A stretch of 63,003 nt of DNA, filler included, from Phoronis australis (GCA_002633005.1; 7 parts of 7 records of this genome joined end to end with filler, not necessarily neighbours in it), one strand, 5' to 3'; counted from the first letter of the whole stretch, positions 25,774-38,481 are shown. Notes: generated by a model not told the origin, from the sequence alone. Made by a program: numbers and translations.

Positions 25774-26841
25774 TTTTTATGCGCCCACATTTTTATATGT
25801 GGTCGTATATTGCCGTCAACTCTGTGTGGGCGTCCGTCATCTGGTGTCCAGCGTCCGCAGCTGTATCTCCTAAACCCCTTACAGGATCTTGATGAGATTT
25901 AGCCGACATGTTCCTATGAACCTGACGGCGGATGATGACAAATGTTGAACCTTTCCGACTACAGTTGTGTAGTTTTTTATGCTTAACTCTGCATCTTCGG
26001 AAGTCCTTAGCAGATTTTCATGAAATATGGCAGTGATGCATATATTAGTGAGGTGAAGCTATCCTCCCATTTTCGGATGGATTCAAGGTGTTTTGCGCCA
26101 CCTAGTGGACGCTTTTACTGTTTTCGAGTCTGTTTTTGGCGTCTTTTCTTCTTTCAATCAAACTGCTCTAGGGATGATTTTGAAAATTGGCATATATGTT
26201 TGTACTGTGAAGAGGGTGGCTGACAATGATTTTCCGATGACTTTGATAACTGTGGTGCCTCCTAGTGGTAGTTTTGTTTTTTATTGCGTCCATGGTTGTA
26301 TCTCGTAAATGCTCTACAGGATCTTTATTGAATTTTACTGGTGTATTTAGATGAAGTTGAAAGTAGAGTACGGCGACTTTCGAACGGATCGGACTATTGG
26401 TGTGTGCCCCCCTTTGGCTTTTTTTTACGTTTACCTCTGTATCTTCAAAGGTTCTCAACGGATTTTCATGAAATTTAGTGTCCATAACTGTATCTCCTGG
26501 ACACTCTGCAGGATGTTTATTTAAATTTAGCAGACGTATTTATATGAAGTTGACTACGTATGACGACGATGACAACCAGAAGTATGTGACGAACGCTGTG
26601 CTCCCTAGTGGCAAATTCATTTTTTTCCGTTTTCCTCTTTTTCTTTGAAGTTCGTTTACGGATTTTTATGAAATTGAATAAATAGCTTTGTATTATATAA
26701 TGATGGCATGTTCCCGTTTTCGGATGGATTCGACATATTTTGCGCCATCTAGTGGCCAGTTTATGATACAAATAAATCCCCCCTGGAAGCACACTGCAGT
26801 GCATAGGTGGGCGCATTTCAATGCTCTGCGTTGCTCTTGTT
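25774..26841 (+). mobile_element. Helentron/HINE-like non-autonomous element with internal degenerate repeats
   Basis: Starts tttttatgcgcccacatt..atgtgg (hairpin); recurring cctagtgg and atgaaat cores; ends gcgcatttcaatgctctgcgttgctcttgtt; second copy at 27318. Confidence 0.65.
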
Positions 26842-27317
26842 ACCAATTTTTTTAATTGGGTCTCTTGACCATGTCTTTTTGCTAAAATTTACAAAAAAGT
26901 AACATTGATAGCAAAACAACGGCATCAATTACATGATCAAATTTTATTTGATATTCATGTTGAAGGTGAGATATCAAAAATGCTGTTACAGTTTTTAGAA
27001 AAAGCATGTCATCTATATTTTATGCAACTTGTAAAGATTTTTAATGCAAATCATTAAAGTTCTATATTTTGATAACCCTTAATGCAAAAGTGAAACATGA
27101 TTTTTGGACAACTGCACGTAAGCCATCCAAAAGTTTAAAGTCAATCAGCCATTTCTGAGACGTGACGTTCTCGAAGTCGGCCAAAGTTGGTCATTTTGCG
27201 GGCTCCTACACAAACATAAGGGTGACATGTGACAAACATAGTACATTGTGACATGTGACACTTTTCCAAGTGGCCAGTCACAGTTAATTCCCTAATACTG
27301 TACTAACTTGCTTCATA

Positions 27318-28018
27318 TTTATGTGCCCACATATTTACATGTGGACGCATTATGCTGTCCACCCATCCGTCCTGCGTCTGCTGCTCTATCTCCAAAACGC
27401 CTTGATGTATGTTCATGAAAATTTGCACATGAGTTCCTTTTGTGAATGGGACGGCATGAGGGGACTTTCGGACGGATCTGACTACCGGTGTGCTCCCTAG
27501 TGGCAATTTTAATTTTTTTTACGTTTACCTCTGTATCTTCAAAAGTCCTTCATGGATTTTCATAAAATTTGGTATATAGGCGCCTATTAGTGAGATGACG
27601 CTGTCCTTTTGTCTTCAGAGGGATTCGACATAATTTATGCCACCTAGTGGCCATTTTTACTGTTTTGGAGTCTGTTTTTTGCGTCCACTCCTTTATTAAC
27701 CAAACCGGTCAAAGGATGATTGTGAAAATTGGCATATATGTTACTATTAAGTGGACTGCTGACGATGATTCTCCGACGACTTTGTTTACCGTGGCGCCTC
27801 CTAGTGGCAGTTTCTCCTAAACCGTTCGTAGGATCTTTACTAAATTTAGTAAGTTCCTTGACAGATTTTTATGAAATATGGCATGTTCCTGTTTTTAAAT
27901 GGATTGTACGTTTTTGCGCCATCTAATGGCCATCTTTATGATACAAATAAATAACCTTAAAAGCACACCATTTGCGATGCGTGGTTGGCGCATTTCAATG
28001 GTCTACGTTGCTCTTGTT
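27318..28018 (+). mobile_element. Second, shorter copy of the same Helentron/HINE-like family
   Basis: Same 5' end (tttatgtgcccacat) and 3' end (gcgcatttcaatg...gttgctcttgtt) as 25774-26841. Confidence 0.65.
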
Positions 28019-28096
28019 TTCAACTGACTTATCTAACAGTAGTAAACATGTGATTGTCAAATGGTTAAACATGTATTATTCAACTGTCATTTTCAG

Positions 28097-28194
28097 GTAG
28101 TAATTCTAAACATGACACAGCAAAAGGCACAATAACGGGGAAGACAAAGAAAAAGAAGGGAGGACTTTTTAATTTATTTAGTGGTAAACCAACG
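28097..28194 (+). CDS. FNBP1: FNBP1-like exon, polybasic region (GSNSKHDTAKGTITGKTKKKKGGLFNLFSGKPT)
   Basis: tttcag/gtaagt; 98 nt, phase 1-0 fits the neighbours. Confidence 0.9.
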
Positions 28195-29611
28195 GTAAGT
28201 AGGTGTCGCCATTAACAGTAACTGTTGCTAGGAGACAGCCATGCAGTGATACTGATTGACAGACTGTCTGATTATGATAGGCAACCTGCATTTATTTTTG
28301 CAATGATCAACTTCATAAAATAACTTAACTTTAATTAGAAATTTGACCCATAAAACTGTTGATGGTTACATATCAAAAGTAATGTCCAGGTTTTCGTAGT
28401 TATGCGTCTGTTTTTCTAAAAAATCTTGATTTTTCACAGAGGTCACCATAATTTCCAATTTGTGTACTTCTTTCAAAGAAGAAAAATTCTGGCTCACTTT
28501 TATTGAATTGATATTAGTTTTGTTTTAAAAATAAATGAAATTACTCAACATGTGCACACAATGATACTGTGTGGTGACAAAGTGTTCTATAGCCCTACTA
28601 CTGACACTAAGGTTGATCCCAGTCTGACAAACAGTACTTGTTTTGCAACATTGACTAACATACGAAACATTTGAATAAGATTTTTATATCAGAGATTATT
28701 TAACCCTGTATTTCGCCCTGTTTAACTGTCTTAAAAGCAAAAATGGAATTAAGCCTCTTACTTTCATTGAATCTGTTAAACAATAGTATGTACCATGATG
28801 TTAGGATTGCATTGTGCTTACCATTTCAAGTTGCAGGATATATGTACAATGCTGAGATGTGAGGTTCTCAAAACCTACTTGACAAAATGTTAAATTACAG
28901 CGATGTAAGAACATTTAGTACACCATGTGTTATAATGAAAGCGTTAAAACATGAAATGAGCATCGTCTAATGTTATTGAGAAGTATTCTTATGGCAAATT
29001 CAGCAGCCTGTTTTACACTCTGGATAACTTTATAAGCATTGACACTTTTTGGAAATGTAAAACTTTAGGTATTCCATTTTATGGTGTTGGTTCTTCAAGT
29101 TCATTCATGGAGTGTTTCACATGACTAAATGTGTAAAGGGATTGACAGAGTTGTTGTTGAGCTTTGCCTGGGTCTTGTGGGCACTATTAAGAGACGTGTT
29201 TAGTGTCAACTTTCCAAACTGTTGTTTGTATTAAGTACTACTCTGTATCATGGTTGCTGCTGAATGTAGACTACACCCAAGTGGCTCAAGTTGTGAAGTG
29301 CAACATGTTGAAGTCTAGTGAAGAATGGTGATTCACTTCTCCGTACAAGTCATTCCATCACTTAGTCTGTTCTATGTGGGAGTTTATTCGTTCAGAAAGT
29401 AGATTCAGGGGCTCGTAATTTCACCTCTCTTGATGCGATTTCAACAACTTTTGGAAGTCTGTGATAAGTTGCTTGTCACTTGTGATTTATCAGTAATCTC
29501 TCTGCTTTGTGAAAGTGTCTCAATAGGGGTCTCTCTTTCTAAATTTTTTCAGCATCATGCTTTGTGTGGCTCTGCTTTCATGACTATTTCCTTGGCAAGT
29601 CTACCATAAGG

Positions 29612-29716
29612 AGATGAGGGGCTATAGACCCCAGCTATCTCATGAGGAGCTGAGGGGCAACCGATCCAAGCTATCTCATGAGGAGCTGAGGAGAAATAGG
29701 TCCAGGCTATCTCATG
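29612..29716. repeat. About 35-nt tandem repeat, 3 copies
   Basis: Unit gagctgagggg....gatccaagctatctcatgag. Confidence 0.8.
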
Positions 29717-30137
29717 ACAAAAAGTTCTAATTCTATTTTTGAGGGGATTGCTTTTCTTATCTCTGCTTACTTTTCACCGCTTCAGTTGTCAAGGGCGTCG
29801 TTTCGAGAACGTCGACTAAGCCAGGTACACTGTCTCAACTTTGTTGCACGTGTCATTCTTTTCACTTTCTTGCAAAAGACAAGCGCTGATGTAAACTGCT
29901 TCATGGCTGAAGTTGATATCCTGTAAATAAATGTTAAAGTGAGGCTCAAACACACTGTCTCATTAACATAAGGCCAGTCGTGCATTCTTCAGTTTTCATA
30001 TGGACAACACGATTTAAATGGAAACATTTTGGTTGGCCTTCATAGTTCACTTAAGTAGTCATATTAATAGCAAACACTGGAAACAAGTAATTGGCCTGTT
30101 TAATTCTGACATCTTAACCAACCACGGTTTGCAGTTT

Positions 30138-30650
30138 GCATTAGACTTTGAAGTGCTTGCATGTCGTCTGTCAATATGACCTGAGCTGACCTCCCTTCAG
30201 ATAAATTACAATGTTCCGAGGTTTTGTTGTTTTTTCCCTTAGTGTGATGGAAGAAGTTGTGGTGTTGTCGTGTATGTTGGGTTACACCTCTTGTTGGGCA
30301 ACATGGGGGTGGGGGTCTAGTATGGGTACCTCTTGTTGGGCAACATGGGGGAGGGGGTCTAGTATGGGTACCTTTAGTTGGGCAACACAGGGGAGGGGTC
30401 TAGTATGGGNTGCATTAGACTTTGAAGTGCTTGCATGTCGTCTGTCAATATGACCTGAGCTGACCTCCCTTCAGATAAATTACAATGTTCCTGGTTTTGT
30501 TGTTTTTTCCCTTAGTATTCGGGTGTGATGGAAGAAGTTGTGGTGTTGTCGTGTATGTTGGGTTACACCTCTTGTTGGGCAACATGGGGGAGGGGGTCTA
30601 GTATGGGCACCTTTAGTTGGGCAACACAGGGGAGGGGTCTAGTATGGGCA
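30138..30650. repeat. Near-identical direct duplication flanking a single N (likely two haplotypes)
   Basis: tgcattagactttgaagtgc... occurs before and after the n at 30410; copies differ by small indels and by one 41-nt unit. Confidence 0.9.
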
Positions 30651-32339
30651 TCATATTCTGAACTTGTGTGAACAAAAAATGAACAACATTTACATGTTGA
30701 GTCGACTTACATTGCTTTGTCAATTTTTAGTTGAAAACATTTCTGTGTCACTTATCTCTACCAAAAGTTCTTGACTTATCTCCTCTGCATTCGCCGGACT
30801 CTGTTTACTCTACAGTTTCAAAGAATTCAGGTACCTTTGATTTTTGCTACTTTCAAATCCTATTTTTAAAGTCATCAGATTTACCTTTAAGTGTACACTG
30901 TTTTTTATTCATTGATCTTCGTGGCTTGCCTCGGGTTTTGTCCTTCTAAGTAATTAAAGGTCTAAAATTAAGGTTTTCATTTTTGAGTATTGTCATAATT
31001 GTCATATTTTGAAAGTGACCTCATATATAAAACAAATTCTATCTTGTGCTTTCGGAAACTTTAGAAGGATGTCCTATTCACCATTTGCTGTCAAAGTTGT
31101 CCGTTTCTGTTTCCAAGCAACCGTTTATGAACCACCTTCACAAGTATCAGGTGATGTGTTCCATAATGCCCTTATTTAGTGCTGCAGCTTATTCATCAAG
31201 TGAACTCTCTTCTGACCAGCTGTAATATGTTTTACTGACCAGTTCTTGTGGTGTGGTCATGGTTGCATGTCCTTGTTCATGGTGTGAACATAGGGATTTC
31301 AAACAAATGCAGTACAAGACAAAAGTCGTCAGACAAATTACTGTTTCCTTGTCATGACATCATCAGTAAGTCTTCACCTGTTGAGTACACACTATGGCTG
31401 ACTAGGAAACTTTTATTTTACTAAATTTTGCCATGAAAGTCAAATTTAGACCATTTCACTCGAATTCAAAAATGTTTTGCTGTGAGTCGATATCATGAAA
31501 GCACATTTCCGAAAGGTCCTGAAAGTGATCAGCCGCTGGAAAATGATTCTGTCATTGTTTGTGCCAATGAAGTTGGTAATTTTCATAACACAGTTTCATT
31601 CACCAAATAAGACTTGATAGTGATTAGTATATGGGTAAACTTCTAATTTCACAATGAATTGTCGTCCTTACTAACAGTTCTGTTAAATTCTTTTCATTCT
31701 CTGTCAAGAGCGAAGTCTACTCTGATGACAAATTCAGTATCTGCCCCATCATCATTACAGGGAATTCTGGGACATCATCTCGGACTATTTTTGGCTTGTA
31801 CTGTATATAATGCTTCTTGGATATTGTAGAAAAGGCCTACTCATGCAATGAACTTAGAAATGCTCAAGAGCTTTATGATGTTTACAGCTCAATACGTTCT
31901 TAGTTTTGATGCCTTTGGTTTTCCAAGGTGTATAAGACAACTCTATATTGGACTCAATGAGGAAGTGGTCATGTAGCTGTAGCTAGACCAACTCACAAGT
32001 GATGTGCTGTATTTTCTAGTGTTAAGCTTTTTAATATGCTCGTCAAGATTTTATAAGTTATTGAGTTTTTATTAACGATTTTGACTGGAAAGCTGACTGC
32101 AGCATGTATCTTTACTGCCTCTAACATTCCTAGCTTGATACTGCTTGGAGTTGTTTTTATGGTATTCTGAATATTTTGATTTTATTATTAATAATGTGTG
32201 CGTGCGCGCGTTGCTGACCTGTAAGTGTTTACATGGGCTTGATCACAGCGTGAGGTGTTTAAGTTTGCGCTTGGAGGAGTAAAGCTACTGACAAGTTCTC
32301 CATGATAATTTGAATACAACATGAATGAACTACACAGTG

Positions 32340-32565
32340 CTATGTGACAATGACATTATATAGAACATTGTCATGTGACAATGGTGTAATGCAGAACATT
32401 GTCATGTGACAATGGTATAATGCAGAACATTGACATGTGACAATGGTATAATGCAGAACATTGACATGTGACAATGGTGTAATGCAGACTATTGTCATGT
32501 GACAATGGTATAGTGCAGAACATTGACATGTGACAATGGGATCATGCGAAACATTGACATGTGAT
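32340..32565. repeat. 31-nt minisatellite, about 7 copies
   Basis: Unit atgtgacaatggtataatgcagaacattgac. Confidence 0.92.
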
Positions 32566-33210
32566 GATTATAGGGAATAATCAATGTTCCAAGAAAAGAA
32601 CATCTACTCTAGGATGTAAGCTAGTCAATGTAATACTGTTTTTGCGAACAAGTGAAATTTTATTTTCTCATTTTGTTCATGAACCCTAAGGACCATTTTT
32701 AACTTCAATTCTTGTCTGTAACTTCATCAGGAAAAATCAATTTCTGTAATATTATTGATTTTCACTCATTGCAGATGTCTGTTACCATTTTGGACAGTTT
32801 CAGCTAATAGTCTATGACTCCAATCTCCAGAATATGTTGATTATTGTGAATGCTCCCTCAAGTTAACTTTTGATTTACATATCGTGTTTCCATGGTTTCT
32901 TAACAAGAACTTTTCATTTTGAAAAGAACTTTGAAAATATTTTTCTGAACTCCCCTCTTTATTGACAGATTACAAGTCGAATCTGTTAACACGTGTTAAT
33001 CTGTAGTATTGGGTTAAAACTAACCATATTAACATTGTCGTGTTGTCCTTAAAAGTGCACACTGCCAAAGTTCATATCAGATGTCTCCTGTTTATTGCTT
33101 GAATTATGGACCATTAGGTGGCGCTGTGCTTTCAAATTAGAGTTGTGTGACATTAAGGTTATGTCAGTGTTCATAAGTCTTCTATACGTTGTCTTTTCTC
33201 CTTGTGGCAG

Positions 33211-33225
33211 ATTTTAGGATTCCTG
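33211..33225 (+). CDS. FNBP1: 15-nt microexon (ILGFL) of the FNBP1-like gene
   Basis: Pyrimidine tract plus cag, then ATTTTAGGATTCCTG, then gtaagg; phase 0-0 between the polybasic and HR1 exons; TGCATG at 33252-33257. Confidence 0.72.
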
Positions 33226-34734
33226 GTAAGGTGTGGCCATGAATGACTTCATGCATGCCATTAGTTTTATCAGTTTATACCTCTTTGAAAATGTGGTTTC
33301 GTTGTTGTTGTTGTCGTCGTTGCTCATTCTGTTCTTCCCATTTTGCTGACGCGTTTTGTACAATACCACCTTTTTCTCTTGACGTTCAGCTCCCATCTGT
33401 CCTCATGTTTTTTATTTATTGAAAGCTTGGTACCTTGTGCTCTTTAGGTGTTCCGTGACATATGTCTGTCTCTTGTGTTCATTAGTTGTGTGTTACTTCA
33501 GCCATAAGTCAATAGTGCTGCCATTGACTGATGTCAATACCAGTGAGACAGGCCGGGTAGTATCTACCTCTACCAGTGGAACAGGGTAGTATATACCTGT
33601 ACCAGTGGGACAGGGTAGTATCTACCTGAGATGGTGGGCCTTATTATAAATGATATACAGTACCAAAACAATCCTTTGCAATTTCCGAATTCAGTACCTT
33701 AGCCACCATCAGACAATATTTTGACAGAATGTGCACATCTACAATGTCTGAAGCCTTTGAGAATTGATAAAAATACTATTACTGGCTGGATCTGTGTTCT
33801 ACCTACCTGAGGTAAATACCTGGATTAGTGTGGTGTCTGTCTGTGGGTGGTAAATATACCTGATTCAGTGTGCTATTTACATTCGACGGTTTAGCGTGGT
33901 ATCTACCTAAGGTTACTCTGTATGATGTGTTGTCAGTTATTTTCTTGATGTATATAGTGTGAATGTGTACATAATTTTTGTCTGAAATGTTTGTGTTAAT
34001 TAAAGGATGGCCTGTATGATAATAACTAATGTCCAGAGTCTTAAAATGTCATGGCACTCCATTATAAGCCTGCTGGTGGCTAAATGCCTGTTTAGAGAAC
34101 CATCCAATTGTCAATCAAAGTCCCGCAATACAGTCAGTTGAACGATGTTTATTCATTTTTAAATTCTGGCTGAGTTTACTTTCATCAGAAACTCCTTTCT
34201 TTCATTGTTTTGTCCACAATTTTCGGAAGTGGTTTCCTTCCCACTTTTGAGCACCCTTTTCTGTTTTTAAGTATTGAACAACAATATAATTTTCTATCAT
34301 CACTTTAAAACTTTGAAGTTTAATTTTGTCTTGTGAGGCGACATTACACCATGCTTATGCTTCCAAACTTGAATTGCCTTGCTCCCTGATTAAGCTGTTT
34401 AAGTTGATGACAACTACTGGTGTGAAAATGAGGCTTGTTAAAGAGCCTTCACCTAGATTGGCGGGCTAATCACTTTTTCCAACCTTGAATCTTAGAGAGC
34501 CCTCTGTTGGCATCCATTGCTGTGTTAGCCAGGATGTATGTGCTGGTCATTGACATGATTCAAGCTTATTACATTTTTAACCAATAATTATCAGAAAAAA
34601 CTTGTTTTCTTGTTAATTGGTGGTCAAAATGAACAAGTTGTTCACTTGTGACAACTTGGCAGATGTGGTACAATGGAGTTCGTCAAAAGGGTCATCCCGA
34701 ATTACACAGCGACACTCAAATCTCGCTTTATGTG

Positions 34735-34908
34735 CCCACAATGTCTTAAGCATCCATCAGGCATATTTACCCACAATGCCTTAAGCATCCATCAGGCACA
34801 TTTACCCACAATGCCTTAAGCATCCATCAAGCACATTTACCCACAATGCCTTAAGCATCTATCGGGCATATTTACCCACAATGCCATAAACATCCACCAG
34901 GCACATTT
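34735..34908. repeat. 36-nt minisatellite, about 5 copies
   Basis: Unit cccacaatgccttaagcatccatcaggcacattta. Confidence 0.92.
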
Positions 34909-35752
34909 GCTTCATCGTTTTGCTGTGTTGGCATGTTATCTGTTGTTATCTGATTATTTACAAGTTTTTTTCTCGGTTGCATTACTCTATTCGTCCTTCT
35001 AATGCCAACAAAGTTTTACTGCTGTCTTATGGGTTGCAACCTCAATGAGAGATAGAAATATGCGCCTGATTTCCAAAACGAGGTCATACGCTTTCTTAAC
35101 TCTGCAACATAGGAGATTTCTACTGCCATGTAATCCAAGACGAAGCTATTAAAGGCATCCTTGACATTGTCAGCAAGTTTATGTAAAATCAGTATAGAAT
35201 TTTGTTTAAGTGATGTCCAAAAATAAAATTGTACATTTCTGATCTTGATTAAATCTCTCTTGTAAGTGGTTTTAAAGCTTGGCTTAGTTCACATCTGACA
35301 TGCAAATCAATCTTTGTGGCAATGTGAAGTTTGAATGCTCAGTTCTATCTACATGTATTTGACAGGGGTGCTGTTCCATGTTTGAAATTTTGAGTCTTGT
35401 TGAAAATTTTGACCCTTGTTTGAAAACCCGGGGTTTTTTTGCTGTGATCCATTGAATGACCTCTGCTGGTATCCACATGTTTTGTACTGAATATAACTTA
35501 GCCTCACTGTGATGTCATCACCTCACTGTGTCAGTCATCGCCTCACCTGAGTGTTGATACCATCATCCTGTGTTGTTCAATTATGGCTGAGAGAGCTTTG
35601 TACTATAATCTCATGCATTTGTAGAACTTATAGTATTCCGTTGTTGCGTAGGACATCTTAAATGTCTTAAAAGCTTGTCTATACATTATTGCCCAGCTGT
35701 GGTGTGATGTAATAGTTGTACAGTTTGTGTCTCACCATACTGTCTTTTGTAG

Positions 35753-35865
35753 GCTGAAGAAAACAAAGAAGACTTCAGTAACTTGGCACCCAATCAGCAG
35801 AGGAAACAGTTGGTGAAAAAGATTGAAGCTATCCGGGCTGAGATTAAGAAGGAGACAGATAGCAG
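35753..35865 (+). CDS. FNBP1: FNBP1-like HR1 exon 1 (AEENKEDFSNLAPNQQRKQLVKKIEAIRAEIKKETDSR)
   Basis: EDFS.L.P.Q.RK.L HR1 signature; ttgtag/gtatga; 113 nt, phase 0-2. Confidence 0.96.
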
Positions 35866-36300
35866 GTATGACTTTGAGGCTATTCGGGCTGAGATTAAGA
35901 AGGAGACAAATGGCAGGTATGACTTTGAGGCTATCCGGGCTGAGATTAAGAGGGGGTCAGGTGTCAGATATGTTTTAGAGGATATCAAGACAGACAGAAT
36001 ATCTTGTCGGAGATTTAGAGGGAGACAGCCAACAGGTATGACTTAGAGGATATCTGGGAGTGATTAAGGAGGAGACAAGTATCAGGTATGACTTGGAGGA
36101 TTTCTCGAGGGGGGGAGATTAAGAGACAGATAGCAGGTATGACTTTGAGGATATCCGGGCTAAGATTAAGAAGTGGAAAGATAGCAGGTATGACTTTAAG
36201 GTTACGCGGGCTGAGATTCAGAAGGAGGCAGATAGCAAGTATGACTTGCAGGATACCTCGGTAGAGATTATGAGGGAGACGGATAACAGGTATGACTTAA
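35826..36300 (+). repeat. About 51-nt tandem array made of the HR1 exon 3' end plus the donor, about 9 units
   Basis: gaggctatccgggctgagattaagaaggagacagatagcag|gtatgacttt repeated; AG|GTATG at 35866, 35917, 36036, 36086, 36137, 36188 and 36290. Confidence 0.95.
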
Positions 36301-36477
36301 AGATGAGACACAAGCATTTGTATGACTTAGAGCTGGGACACAAGCATTTGATGGAAGGATTTGTACTTATTGTGTTGCTGTGCTAAATGTTTACCTGTGT
36401 TGCTTAGTGTTGTTAAGATTTATCAATGCTGTATTTAAAGGATACAGATCAGAGATGTGTCCACGATGTATTTATAG

Positions 36478-36610
36478 GGATGCTATGGTGAAGATGAGAG
36501 ATGTCTACACAAATAACCCCAACATGGGAGACCCAGCCAGCATAGATAAACAGCTGGAGGATAATGCTCAGAAATTGGACAGGTTGAGAGGAGAGGAGCA
36601 GAAATTTGAG
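36478..36610 (+). CDS. FNBP1: FNBP1-like HR1 exon 2 (DAMVKMRDVYTNNPNMGDPASIDKQLEDNAQKLDRLRGEEQKFE)
   Basis: KM.DVY..NP.MGDP.S motif; ttatag/gtgaga; 133 nt, phase 2-0. Confidence 0.96.
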
Positions 36611-36624
36611 GTGAGAGCGTTCGT

Positions 36625-36735
36625 GGTGTGTTGAGGTGGCCAGGTACATGGGTGTGTTGAGGTGGCCAGGTACAGTGGTGTGTTGAGGTGGCCGGGTACA
36701 GTGATGTGTTGAGGTGGCCCGGTACAGTGGTGTGT
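36625..36735. repeat. About 28-nt tandem repeat, 4 copies, directly after a donor
   Basis: Unit gtgtgttgaggtggccaggtacagtg. Confidence 0.85.
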
Positions 36736-36889
36736 ACTGTTTTGGGGTGTAATCGTCATGGTGACTATGTCTTATTTGGTACCTTTAGTTAACATATACA
36801 TTACAATCAGTGACCACCTAGTTAAATGTGTCTCAAAGTGAGGATAAAAACAAGCAAGTGCGAAAGATTTATTTTGATGCCTGTTTCAT

Positions 36890-37022
36890 GGTTACTCATA
36901 GGCTTCAAAGACTGACCATACTTGTTACTCATACACTGTCAACACTGACCATTCTTGTTACTCATACGCTGCCAATACTGACCATCCTTGTTTCTTATAC
37001 ATTGCCAAGACTGGCCACACTT
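36890..37022. repeat. 33-nt tandem repeat, 4 copies
   Basis: Unit ttgttactcatac.ctg.caa.actgaccat.c. Confidence 0.85.
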
Positions 37023-37092
37023 GCCTAGAGGGCTTTTAACTTTCAACTAAAATTTAATATTCTCTCAGATACCTGTGATTTATTGGTATTGC

Positions 37093-38330
37093 TTTTTACT
37101 TGGCGAAATTTATTTCGACAAGTATGTTGCTCTGTCACTAAGATTTTTTTGGTTGTTCGCACGATACAGGTCGCAATTTTCGTCTGATCATCACGAAATT
37201 TGCACAAAACACGTAGTTTCGGAAATACTGTTTGTTGTCATAATCGGGTCCAAGATGGTGGATGTGGCGGCCATTTTGTTTTCATTTTCAGATTCAAATG
37301 CTTCTAGAGGCCATAATTTTTTACGTACAGGGCTGGCGTGCGCTACATTTGTACCGAAAATTATTCACTTTCGGTTAAAAATGGTGGAAATGACTGCAAT
37401 TGCGCATGCGCACCTCAATTTTGGGCTAAAAACGTTTTCTCCTGTAGAGTTGCATTATAGAACCAATTCCTTTGAAATTCTTGAGGTATTACTTTCTCTT
37501 GACATGCTATTATTCAGAGCTAAAAAAACGGAAGTTGCTTTCAAGATGGCGGAACTGGCGCATGTTGACCCTTTTGCAGTGGTGCTGGAGTTCCATTTTA
37601 AATGGGAAGAGAAAATGACATGAATTTTTGCATGTGAATTCTCTGAGGTATACCCTTTCAAATGGCCTGTAACAATTGTTTTCTCAGACTTACCATTTTC
37701 GAGTTATTTGACTTTGAAGATCAAAAAAATTAATTTTTTTTAAAATTTGCGGAATTGTGCAATACTATCAATTAAGATGGAGTTTTGAATGGGCTTTCAG
37801 AAGATGTTTTCCATGTTTTGCTAGGACGTCTACTTTTAGAATTATTGGAGGTTTACATATAGCGCTGTTCCTTTGTTGAGCGCTCTTGCTGCATTGATGT
37901 TGGTTTAGCTTCTATTCAACAAGACTGTAGCCTATTTCTTGCTGATTTATGACATCTAAGTTCGTCATATGAATTTTATGATGTTTGTTCATCATCGCCA
38001 CCACCATCATCATATTCGTCATCTTCGTCATCATCTCCGTCGTCGTCTTTTTAGTTAATTTCGCCAAGTGTCGCTCAAGACTGTAGCCTATTTCTTACTA
38101 ATTTCTGACCTTTACATTCCTCATGTGAATGTTATCATTACTTGCACTGTTGATCATCGCCGCCATCGTCGCCACATTCATAATCTTCGTCATCATCTCT
38201 ATTGTTGTGTTTTCTGTTAATGTCGCCAAGTGTGGCTCCTCGGAGCGCTTTCATCCTTATTATTTCTGACCCAGGCGCATTACTTTCAGCCGCCACACCA
38301 GTATTGCCAAGTTATTCTGCACATTCTATC
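37093..38330 (+). mobile_element. Longer Helentron/HINE-like element related to 5210-5353
   Basis: 5' end tttttacttggcgaaatttatttcgacaagtatgttgctctgtcactaag; internal aagatggcgg and gccattttg motifs; duplicated blocks near 37920-38230; the 3' boundary is approximate. Confidence 0.5.
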
Positions 38331-38481
38331 GTAACCAATGTCAATTGTTGCTAAACATTAAGACATGAAGACATTGTTCAGTGAGTCGAGACTAGAATGT
38401 GCCTCAAGGAAGTCATATTTGACCCTAGAACATTGTTTTTTTAACACTTTGATGTTACTAATGACCCCCTCATCACTGCAG

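Noticed and set aside
30731-30830. Possible extra FNBP1 exon (LKTFLCHLSLPKVLDLSPLHSPDSVYSTVSKNS)
   Set aside because: It has tag/gtacct boundaries, but 100 nt (phase 0-1) breaks the frame with the phase-0 HR1 exon and I found no compensating exon; unsupported without RNA data
22565-34908. CRISPR-like arrays of 31-36-nt repeats
   Set aside because: Head-to-tail tandem units with no unique spacers, no cas genes and a eukaryotic intron context
37075-37623. 182-aa ORF
   Set aside because: Lies in a non-autonomous repeat inside an intron; no recognisable domain
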